Shown here: positions 53,628 through 64,000 of the stretch, piece after piece | Position numbering within the stretch: the first letter of the stretch is position 1 | How the letters are laid out: every line of letters starts with the position of its first letter | DNA from: Saccostrea echinata | Lineage: Eukaryota | NCBI RefSeq assembly: GCF_033153115.1 | Contig: NW_026889774.1 | Location: 26,970,001 to 27,034,000 of the forward strand | DNA: 64,000 nt | Direction of reading: 5' to 3' | Notes under the pieces: model-generated | What the model was told of the DNA's origin: nothing | What the model saw: the letters and a program-made list of their open reading frames with translations, nothing else | Database searches by the model: none | Made by a program: the position numbers and the translations under genes

Positions 53628-53965
53628 GATATCTGCCAAGAAAGCTCTAATGGTAGAGCACCTGACTAGAGATGCAGGGGTCCCGGATTTAATTCCCGTA
53701 GTTGCATACATTTCCTCCTTTCCTTTTACCTTAAAATTGCTGCCACAGATCATGACCACCCCTGAACTTGCAAGTGAAAGTCCTGCCATGAGCAAATAAG
53801 AACTTGGGTTTTGTCTTCGAGGGATAGGACAATTTAAGTTGGGAGAAATGTAATGGTTTGGGCCGTGGATATCAGCCTGGAAAGCTCAGTAGAGCACCTG
53901 ACTATTGAAGCAGGGGTCCCAGATTCTATTCCCTGTCTAGCCATACATGTTCTCCTTTCCTGGTA
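53628..53965 (+). repeat. Two degenerate tRNA-like repeat units
   Basis: gatatc.gcc...aaagctc..gtagagcacctgacta..ga.gcaggggtccc.gatt..attccc at ~53628 and ~53868. B box is degenerate. Confidence 0.6.
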
Positions 53966-54462
53966 CATAAATTTACAGGAAACCATTTCGCATATATTTT
54001 TGACACTTTTATTGTTACTAAAAACTTGAACACTTTTCAATGTATATGTATATATACTGAATAATTTATTTGACATGTATTGCAGCTTTAGTACATCTTT
54101 TCAAGGACTATTTCTCATTCATTATTGATTCACTTATCATTTATCCTCCCACCTTTGATGACATTTATCTGTACAACTTCCACATTAATTTTGAGGGCAT
54201 TTGATGTAAATAATGTATATATGTTTCCTTAGTCCTTGAACAGCCCTTAGCCAGGCCTCTTTGGCTGTGTCAGTTTTTCTGGTCTCCTGATATTTAAAGA
54301 ATCCTGTTCTTGCTCTGTGATGTTTACTTGGAATATGTTGTGATAACAGTGACTAATTTACCGATATGGTATGAAAGCAATCAAATATAAAGTAAACAAA
54401 CTGAGATCTCATGCTAAAACAATTAGCATAATATATCATTCTGATTATAATGTGAACATGTG

Positions 54463-54775
54463 TTTGGGTTTTTTTTGTTTGTTTGTATGTTGTTTAACGT
54501 CCCTCTCGAGAATTTTTCACTCATATGAAGACGCCGCCACTTGCCGGTAGAGAGCTGCAAATTTTGTCCTATACTCGGCACTTACGGCCATTGACCAGTG
54601 AGGGATCTTTTTTCGTGCCAGCACTTACTGCGACACGGGACCTCGGTTTATACGGTATCATCCGAAGGACCGGTCTCCACGTCCCACACTGGGATTCGAA
54701 CCCGCGAAGTAAGGATCAACTCCTTACTTCGCGACTCTAGAGCAGACGCTCTAACCACTGCGCCACGCGGGCGAC
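54463..54775 (-). mobile_element. Full-length tRNA-derived SINE
   Basis: A and B boxes, 12-bp TSD tgtgaacatgtg (54451-54462, 54776-54787). Confidence 0.9.
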
Positions 54776-55031
54776 TGTGAACATGTGTGATTTTGATAAC
54801 AACATATGAGAACTCATACATGTACAGCTGACATATCATACTAATTAATTAAAGTTTGATGATTTTTGATGAAGACAATCTTTCATACAACTCTTTTAAT
54901 TTCATACAAATGAATTCAATCATTTTGTATAACAAATTTACAATTTGTATTTAAACACTTTGATATTTCCTCCTCTATATACCATTCATGTGAAAGAATT
55001 CTATAATAATTTATGTATGTTACACTATAAT

Positions 55032-56516
55032 TTACACTGTGTATTGAAATACTTTAACAAGTCCTTCACTGTATCCCACCCGAAGTGTAGACTTATATAG
55101 GGACAGAGAGACTGGACTGTTCACTTCGTTGTCTGTCAGTAAAAACTTCAAAAACTTCCCATCAGCACTCAGCAGATGAATTTGTTCATTGTAAGAGTCA
55201 TTAAGAAGGATGTTACAGAGGGAGTCACACACTACATCAGCATGAGTAAAGTTCTCTGTCATGTTCTGTCCACGGAAGACAGACTTCATACGACCAGAGG
55301 AAGACATAATTAATAGTTCACCTGTAGTGTTATTTGCATGGTTCACAACACAAATATCACTGTTACTGCTCTGTGTGACTCTGAGTGGTAATGTAACCAA
55401 CCTGGTCTGACCGTCCTCCTGGTACTCATATTCATGGATGACATCACCTGTCACTGTGATGTGTCTCACCAGACGTCTAATGTGTGACTCTAATTTGTAA
55501 TGATCTATTAATTCCATGTCTTTCAAGGTGACCAGTAGTCCACCGTCTTCTTACTGACAGATTCCTACTGGTACCAGTGGATCTGTACTGGTGACTGTAG
55601 AGACAAATCCTGATGGTGACAAACAGCTGATGGACTTGTTTTAATAATCAGTGAAATAAATATCACTGATATCAATCACACACATGTCATTAAGAAAAAT
55701 ACTAAATTTATGTTCTTTAATGCCTTGCTGATTAACTTTCTCTATATACTTTGATCCAAATTTATTTATGTAACATTGGTCTTCACTGGATGTCTCCAAG
55801 GAAAATATTGTTCTATCTCCATATTGATATGGGTTTATCTGAGTCACATCAATGTCATCTTAATTCAAAGTTTTTCCAACCACAGACTCGAGTAAGTCAT
55901 GATTGATTTCACCTCTAGTGAACCTCAATGATTGTTCACAGTTTGTCATTTTAACCTCCAATTCAGACAGCATTTTTGTTAGTTCTCTGTGGTTGTCAAT
56001 CAAGCTGTAATCTGACATGGTGCTGTTGTTCTCCTCCAAGAATTCCACAGTGTCAATAATTCCTCTGTTCTTCTTGTCTAACTCAGTTTTCACTTGGTTC
56101 AATTGATCATTCTTTTTAACCAGGTTGTCTCTCAATCTTTGTTCCTGGCGTTTTTTGATTTCTGTTAGCCTGGCCATTATCTCATCATAATGCTTCTGTA
56201 GCTTTTTCATCTCAGACTCACACAGTTCTATATTTTCTTTAATCTGTTGTGGAATTTTCTCTTCTCATCAATCCCAGACAGATCCTCTTCCTTAATCTTT
56301 TTTCAGAAATGTAAGTAGAACTCTCCTCCTTTGGTTGGCTGCGGTGGGTAGAGTGTTCCAATCATGATCTCTATGATCTGTTTTGGCACATTTACCACAA
56401 ATGAATTTATCACAGTTCACACATAAAATATCAATTGGTAATTAATGGGAATCACACATTTTGATGTGCGCTAGAGGTGAGCCCAATGAATATTCTTCTG
56501 AGTTACTTTCAGCCAT
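55032..56516 (-). pseudogene. TRIM-like gene copy 7, multiple stops and frameshift
   Basis: ATG at 56516. Fragments 55860..56210, 55641..55847 and 55032..55526 are separated by stops. Confidence 0.9.
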
Positions 56517-57438
56517 GATTGTTTGGTATAGCCAACTTGGTAATGACGTTGTTTTTAGTGTGCTAGTGTATGCGTGTTAGATAACTACCAGGATTGTGAA
56601 GTTGGACTTTAAATTTATCAAAAGACAACTAGATATACAATAAATGTTGAACATACACGTGTCTACTAGCTGTGACATTAACATGACACATTGAATTTAA
56701 CACATAAAAAATTGATACAAATACAATTTTTCAGATGTTTAAGTCATTTATGAATTAAATATAAAAAGACTGTAAATTTTCTTCTCCAGAATCATGAAAA
56801 TCACTCGGTCAATATCAAGCAAACTTGCCAAAATTGATAATGCATGCAAAAGAAAATATTTTATTCAAATGAAGCCCTACTGCCCTCTTTTCAGGTGAGT
56901 TTTTTTTTTAAATTGGAAAATTTGGTCACATCATTAAAAAATCTTCTATGCTTTAAGGCCAATTGGCCAAAAAATGCAATCTTACAGACATTGTGTAGAT
57001 TCAATTTTAATCAGTACATACATGTAGCTCCTGGGGTAAAGGGTTGGCCCACAGAATGGATTCAAATTTTTTACTTACAAAATAGAGGAAAAAAATCTTC
57101 TCAAGACCAGCAGGGTCCTGATTAGGTATATTAATAATCAAGCATTATCGTGTAGTGCTAGTGCACCTTGAAGTGTTCACGAATCATAGTCCCTTGGGTT
57201 GGTTTTTTGATTGGGAGAACATGAGTTCAAGTCACAGCCATGACAAACCTTATTTAATATGAAATAGGTAGCAACTTTTCCTTTGCACTAGGGAAGTTTA
57301 CATACAGTGTAGGATATGGGGATTTTTAAAAAACAAAATTGTTTTAGGTTTGTTTTTTTTTTTTTTTTGGATTTATGACATTATAATTTTGTCGTAAATT
57401 GATAATCTATGAATTTCAAGAAATGTTGAAAAGTCCTG

Positions 57439-57656
57439 GCCCCAGGATCATGAAACATCTTAAGCTTGAGTCAAAAATTTTATGTTGTATAAAAATGTTG
57501 TAGTAGCCAAGCAGACAAAAATTAAAATATTTTTCAATATTGCTTCACAATAGTGTTGTTATCTGCAAATTTAGAGATTAATTCAATAATTAATAAACAT
57601 TTTACAGCCGTTTGAAAATTTGACTTAAGTCTAAGTCTGTTTCATGATCCTGGGGC
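57439..57656. mobile_element. PIF/Harbinger-type MITE
   Basis: TIR gccccaggatcatgaaaca with 3-bp TSD CTG on both sides. Confidence 0.75.
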
Positions 57657-59136
57657 CTGGAGTCTATATATCTGTTAAGGGATGGGCGGTCCTAAAAAGG
57701 ACTCACTTTGATAAATGTAAATACATTAGCACACTCAAAATTAAGGGCATTCTATCTTTTCTACTGATTAGCGCAATCATAAATTAGTGCACTTGTGACT
57801 TTAAAACAAATTGTATCTATAGTTAAATCAAATATAAGGGTAAAGTTTACCCTTAAACTAATACAATTCTGAATAAATTAATGGACAAGTAGCATGAAAG
57901 ATGCTTAAATATTATTAAGACTAAAATAAGTATTTTACAGTATGTTTGTCTATCATAGAATTGCTTATGTAGGACTCTATTTGTCTGTTGTATGGTGCAA
58001 TTATATCCATGTGAGACTGTGTCTGTCTATTGAAGGACTCACTATCTCTGAATAAATATACAGCACTACACCATATCAATTTAAAACAATCCCTTGTATG
58101 ACTGAAAATGTGTTCCAAAGGATTGCTCTGTTTTACCGTGTCCTTGTTGAAAAATTGTAGACAAATCATCAGAATTGCTTGAAAGTTTAAAGTACTACAA
58201 ACGAAAAAAAGCACACAAAAAGACATGGGATGCATTAAATACTTTTATTTATTATATTCCACATAAGAAAATCTGCAAGTCTTGAAATAAAGAACTATAA
58301 AGGTTTGGCATAAAAGCTTACAATTGAGTAACATGTACACTTACAGGTACTCCTCAATAATCTTTAATTTTTTTTCCCAAAATCATGTCTTTGATAAAAC
58401 TTTCAGCAATATGTACAAGTGTTCCAGTCTCTATTAATTCTTGGTAGTTGATTCCTTCAATACCATAACTTCGGTATTGTATCAACAAACAAACAGATGC
58501 CATTTGTCTCAATCTTATTGAGAAAAAACACTGATAATTCATCTGTCCAATGTTTATCTTGGAATAACTCCAAGCCAAGTCACTCCCAAGTTCAAGTTAT
58601 AAAACTTTCAAGAGTTGTCACTGGGGAATCCAAACACTTTAACGGTACCTGCATCCCGATTTCTGTCGTATGTGTCTCTATAATCACATGCATAAGGCAG
58701 TAGAGGGCGCTTTGGGTGCCAGACAACAGTAAACGTAGGAGCTTCACAGGTAATCTCTGTTGTTTTCTCACCTGTAAATGATGGATCATTTATAGTTCAC
58801 TGACCATTGAATATTTCATTTCAGTGAAAAACAAAGGCTGCAGAGGAATTAATTTGCATTGACTTCTACGAAGTATCTTCATTCATTTTTGTAGATTCAC
58901 AAACTTTATATGTCTATTTTATACAAATATATATGTATATATGGAACAATGCCTTTCTTGTTTTTAATGAGTATGAATGGTTGAAATCATTGTAGAAAAA
59001 AATTGGAGTTGGTTATGTTTTTCCCCCTTAAAATATTGCAACCATTCATCCACTTATTAACAAAGAAAGCATTTTATTATTTAAGATATTATGCATGTAT
59101 GGTAAACAAACGACAAATTCTACTTTTTTCCCAGAT

Positions 59137-59425
59137 TCTGGTTTCAGAAAGCAGTTGTCAGCACAAACTCAGCACCACCCAGTCACCTCTGCTAACTTGG
59201 TGACAGGTTGTAACACTGATATCTGTATGTCTGTTCTACCTGACCAGGGACGGTCTCAGCCTGACCAGATTGTGTTAAGACAACTGTAATGTACCTCACT
59301 CATATGACTCGGGACAAAGACTCTACACCCCGTGCTGTGATAAGGGGGCACCTGTCACCAAAGTTAGCAGGTCAGCTTAGTGTCTGTGCGAGTCTCTAAC
59401 CTTTTACCATTCATCATTAACCAGA
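59137..59425 (-). ncRNA. Composite box C/D-H/ACA scaRNA, U87/U88 (SCARNA5/6)-like, predicted U5 snRNA Um41 guide
   Basis: Terminal stem TCTGGTT/AACCAGA, C box ATGATGA (59411-59417), U5 loop-1 antisense TGGTAAAAGG (59400-59409), ~20-bp stem (59350-59370 with 59189-59208), H box ACATTA (59287-59292), CAB-like TGAG loop (59255-59258), ACA (59224-59226), D box CTGA (59144-59147). Intronic and sense to THOC3. Confidence 0.85.
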
Positions 59426-59861
59426 TTCTAAACTTACTACACAAAGATTAGCCATCACACAGTAGTCAATATAATGGGAGAAATAAGTCCTAAAGGACAA
59501 CCAAAACAGCATAATATAAATAGGCAAACTTTTCTGTCAAAACTGTTCTAATGACATATCAATTTGAAAATACCATCTGCAATGTTTAAATGGCATCCAC
59601 TTTTATTAATTTTACAAGACTGGTTGAAAATTATTGTTATTTATAAGATAATCTTCTGGCAAAAAGATGTCTTACCGCTAAACATACAGATTTACAAGTT
59701 AATTCCAGCTCCATCCACCATTCCCCCCCCCCCCCAATTTCATTTGCCATGAGAAATGAAATGCTTACTAAATTCATCTACATATATCTGGACAATTTTC
59801 AAAAACTTGGAATCTGTAACACTAAGTCATCATAAAAATGAATCCAGGTGTTGTGTTTTGT

Positions 59862-60150
59862 CATACCTGAGTCTGCCTCTGTGATATCTATGTTTACCTA
59901 AGTTGACATCTGTGATATCTATGTTTACCTGAGCCAACCTCTATGAAATCTATGCTAACCTGAATCGACCTCTCCAACATCTATGTTTACCTGAGTCAGC
60001 CTCTGTGATATCTATGTTTACCTGAGTCAACCTCTGTGTTATCTACCTGAGACATCTTCTGTGATATATGTGTTTACCTGAGTCAGCCTCTGTGATATCT
60101 ACCTGAGTCAACCTCGTGAAATCTACTTGAGTCTACCTCTGTGATGTCTA
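59862..60150. repeat. 24/31-bp minisatellite, about 10 units, derived from a second THOC3 exon/donor junction
   Basis: Minus-strand unit ATAGATATCACAGAGGTTGACTCAG|GTAAAC = codons IDITEVDSG plus a donor. Confidence 0.9.
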
Positions 60151-60536
60151 TGATGAAATCCTCTGAGGCTAACATTCTGCCGTCGTGACTGAAGCTTAAC
60201 GTTCTCACTGTTCACTCTAACCTGAAATATACGAGGATCCAAAAAATACTTTTTTCACACTCAAAACGGATTTTATCTTAACTATGTGCAAGCATTTTGG
60301 AAGGTAGAGATATATTCAAGAACCAGCTATTAATAAAGCGCAGCTACAAAGTCGACATAACTCGTGAACAGAATTGTGTGAAATGTGTGAAAAAAATATC
60401 ATACAATACACTAAAAAAGTTTTCAGTGAATTATGTTGAAAAACACATGTAACAAAGATGTCTAGGAATGAAGAATTCTTACTTATTAGACTTTCTATGA
60501 GAGATTTCTAATTTTATGCTTAACTTGATGAATCTA

Positions 60537-62790
60537 CTAGAAAGAGTCCTGACATTTCACACTTACCTAGAGAGAGTCCTGACATTTCAGACTTACCTAG
60601 AAAGACCTGACATTTCAGACTTACCTAAAAAGAGTCCTGACATTTCACACTTACCTAGAGAGAGTCCTGACATTTCACACTTACCTAAAGAGAGTCCTGA
60701 CATTTCACACTTACCTAAAAAGAGTCCTGACATTTTACACTTACCTAAAGAGAGTCCTGACATTTCACACTTACCTAGAGAGAGTTCTGACATTTCATAG
60801 ACTTACCAAAAGAGATTCCTGACATTTCACACTTACCTAGAGAGAGTCCTGACATTTCAGACTTACCTAGAGAGAGTTCTGACATTTCACACTTACCTAG
60901 AGAGAGTCCTGACATTTCACACTTACCTAGAGAGAGTTCTGACATTTCAGACTTACCTTGAGAGAGTCCTGACATTTCAGACTTACCTAGAGAGAGTCCT
61001 GACATTTTAGATTTACCTAGAGAGAGTCCTGACATTTCACACTTACCTACAGAGAATCCTGACATTTCAAACTTACCAAGAGAGTCCTGACATTCAAACT
61101 TACCTAGAGAGTCCTGACATTTCAGACTTACCTAGAGAGAGTCCTGACATTTCAGACTTACCCTGAGAGAATCCTGAAATTTAGACCTACCTGATGAGTA
61201 CTGTCATTTTAGACTTTCCTAGAAAGAGCCCTGTCAATTTAGACGTACCTAATGAGTCCTGTCATTTCAGACTTCCCTAGAAAGAGTCCTGACATCTCAG
61301 ACTTACCTAGAGACAGTCCTGACATTTCACACTTACCTAGAGAGAGTCTTAACATTTCAGCTTTACCTAGGGAGAGTCCTGACATTTCATACTTACTTAA
61401 AGAGAGTCCTGACATTTCAGACTTACCTAGAGAGAGTCCTGACATTTCACACTCGCCACTATGTAGAGATTTCACACTCACAAAGAGAGAGTCCTGACAT
61501 TTCAGACTTACCTAGAAAGAGTCCTAACATTTCAGACTTACCTGGAGAGAGTCTTAACATTTCAGACTTACCTAGAGAGAGTGCTGACATTTCAGACTTA
61601 CCTAGAGAGAGTGCTGACATTTCAGACTTACCTAGAGAGAGTACTGACATTACAGACTTACCTAGAAGGAGTCCTGAAATTTCAGACCTTCCTAAGGAGT
61701 CCTGTCATTTCAGACATCCCTAGAAAGAGTCCTGACAATTCAGACTTTACCTAGAGAGAGTCCTGACATTTCACACTTACCTAAAGAGAGTCCTGACATT
61801 TCACACTTACCTAGAGAATCCTGATATTTCAGATTTACCTAGAGAGAGTCCTGACATTTCAGACTTACCCTGAGAGAGTCCTGAAATTTCAGACCTACCT
61901 AATGAGTACTGTCATTTCAGACTTCCCTAGAAAGAGTTCTGACAATTCAGACCTACCTAATGAGTCTTGTCATTTCAGACTTCCCTAGAAAGAGTCCTGA
62001 AAATTTAGACCTACCTAATGAGTCCTGTCATTTCAGACTTCCCTAGAAAGAGTCCTGACATTTCACACTTACCTAGAGATAGTCCTGACATTTCACACTT
62101 ACCTAGAGAGAGTCTTAACATTTCAGTTTTACCTAGAGAGAGTCCTGACATTTCACACTTACCTAGAGAGGGTTCTGACATTTCAGACTTACCTAAAGAG
62201 AGTCCTGACATTTCACACTTACCTAGAGAGAGTTCTGACATTTCAGACTTACCTACAGAGAGTCCTGACATTTCAGACTCACCTAAAGAGAGTCCTGACA
62301 TTTCAGACTTACCTACAGAGAGTCCTGACATTTCAAACTTACCTAGAGAGAGAGAGTCCTGACATTTCACACTTACCTAAAGAGAATCCTGACATTTCAG
62401 ACCTACCTACAGAGAGTCCTGACATTTCATACTTACCTAGAGAGAGAGAGAGAGTCCTGACATTTCAGACTTACCTAGAGAGTCCTGACAATTCAGACTT
62501 ACCTAGAGAGAGTCCTGACAATTCAGACTTACCTAGAGAGAGTCCTGACAATTCAGACTTACCTAGAGAGAGTCCTGACATTTCAGACTTACCTAGAGAG
62601 AGTCCTGACATTTCAGACTTACCTAGAGAGTCCTGACATTTCAGACTTACCTAGAGAGAGTACTGACATTTCAAACTTACCTAGAGAGAGTACTGACATT
62701 TCAAACTTACCTAGAGAGAGTCCTGACATTTCAGACTTACCTAGAGACAGTCCTGACATTTCAGACTTACCTTGAGAGCGTCCTGACACA
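60537..62790. repeat. 30-bp minisatellite, about 75 units, derived from a THOC3 exon/donor junction
   Basis: Same unit as 28360..29590. The first unit is the true exon end TGTGTCAGGACGCTCTCAAG|GTAAGT at 62771. Confidence 0.95.
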
Positions 62791-64000
62791 TGCTAACTCT
62801 GCAACATCCCAGATAATGACCAAGGCCTCGGCCATTCCCGTGGCAAAGTACTTCCCCTTGGGATCAAACTTGATACAGATACAGTTAGCAGGGTGAGCAT
62901 TCAGGGTGTGCTGGAGTTTAAGGTCTGGGTATCTGCTGGCAAAAAATCATAGATTCAACACCTTATCGTTTAAATAAAGCATGCTTAGGGCAAAGTGCCA
63001 GTGATGAACAATATCCAGTACATTTTAAATTGTAGTTAACTTTGACCTATGACTTCTGACATCTATAAAAGTGATGAGGTAATTCTTGTTCCCCACTGCT
63101 ATAGTGCTGCCATCTGGTGACCAGCATATATTTATTTTCACCTTAAATATACATAATGATGTTGATAGATCTATAAAATTAACATCAAGTTTTCCTATAA
63201 GGACGTACAACACACCCACCACCAAAAAATTCCTTTCGTTTAATTTTCGCTATTTTTATATAATTTATACATGACTATATATACAGTGCGTATGCACATT
63301 TTGGACAAAATCGTTTGAGTCGTATTTGGACAGGAAGTTCCAAAAGTTACCCCTTTTGATTGTTCACGCGGAGAATAAATTTTCAATCGGCTAATTATAA
63401 AATCCTTGATTTTCCAAAAAGTCCAGCTAGTCTGGCTGTCAAATTTCATCGTCTCATTCATTTAACCATTAACCACACAAATAAAGTATTTTTGTAGAGG
63501 TACACATCGCCAAAACATTTTTTGAAGAACTTAACCTGAAAAACTATGGTTCATTTAAGCCTTAAAAATGCGTATTTTTCAATTTTAATATATTTTTACG
63601 AAGAAACCTATCGTTTAATTTTGGAAAAAATACTTTTTTCATGTAACTGGGTACAAAAGTAATCTTGATAATTTTTTGTAATTTTTTTAAACGAGCCGTT
63701 TTGAATTTATAGTGAAAAAATCACCCCCCCCCCTCCCCCTTCTCCTTAAGTCACGTTTCTCAAGCGTCTTTCAGACGTGGGACGAAAACATTGTTAGATC
63801 TACAAATACACATGAAAAACTCCAAGCTAGAAAATATCTTTTGCTTTAAAAAAAATTATTTACATTATATATCAGAGTTCTTAAAACTTTTCAGTTCATT
63901 GAAATGCAGGTGTATAGGCAATTTTTGACTAACCACTTTTTGGGACGCAGTCATTAGAGCTTGATGAAACATAGGATACCCTCGAGATATATATATATAT

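Larger units (their letters stand above)
58608..63141 (-). pseudogene. THOC3: THOC3 3'-part pseudogene (copy C): four exons
   Basis: ~63040-63141 INICWSPDGSTIAVGNK..TFIDVRSHRSK (frameshifted, truncated). 62771-62932 YPDLKLQHTLNAHPANCICIKFDPKGKYFATG..WDVAELACVRTLSR. 60127-60221 LE*TVRTLSFSHDGRMLASEDFIIDITEVDS. 58608-58771 GEKTTEITCEAPTFTVVWHPKRPLL..GTVKVFGFPSDNS*. AG acceptors are present. Confidence 0.9.

Noticed and set aside
60516-62370. Repetitive ORFs ([10 protein letters not shown] / [10 protein letters not shown])n as proteins, also at 28649-29531
   Set aside because: These are by-products of a 30-bp minisatellite that is open in some frames. They are broken by frequent indels and lie in a THOC3 intron.
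58608-63141. Functional THOC3 gene
   Set aside because: W-to-stop in LEWPVR, loss of two codons in ASASED, a frameshifted and truncated upstream exon, and substitutions in conserved motifs.

Overview
AT-rich eukaryotic (animal) genomic DNA. The repeat families (Cg170-like Helentron repeats, Meta/Deu-type tRNA SINEs, Penelope-like RT) and the RING-less TRIM expansion point to an ostreid oyster or related bivalve; this is an inference. The window is a tandem array of seven minus-strand, intronless B-box/coiled-coil/NHL-like beta-propeller (TRIM-like) genes plus one 3' fragment. Only 43289..44764 is intact. Three array units carry a decayed 3' portion of THOC3 (TREX WD40 subunit) upstream of the TRIM gene. 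Two of these THOC3 fragments retain an intronic composite box C/D-H/ACA scaRNA (U87/U88-like, predicted U5 Um41 guide). They also carry minisatellites built from the exon-end/5' splice-donor junction (about 41 and about 75 tandem copies of a CTCTCTAG|GTAAGT unit). The distal fragment has a second, independent donor array at the next exon. The rest is nested transposons: an 8.3-kb TGT...ACA element with a 4-bp TSD containing a 540-bp-arm foldback, Penelope-like fragments, solo-LTR-like inserts, SINEs and MITEs. There are two assembly gaps. All homology calls come from recognising sequence by eye, not from database searches.
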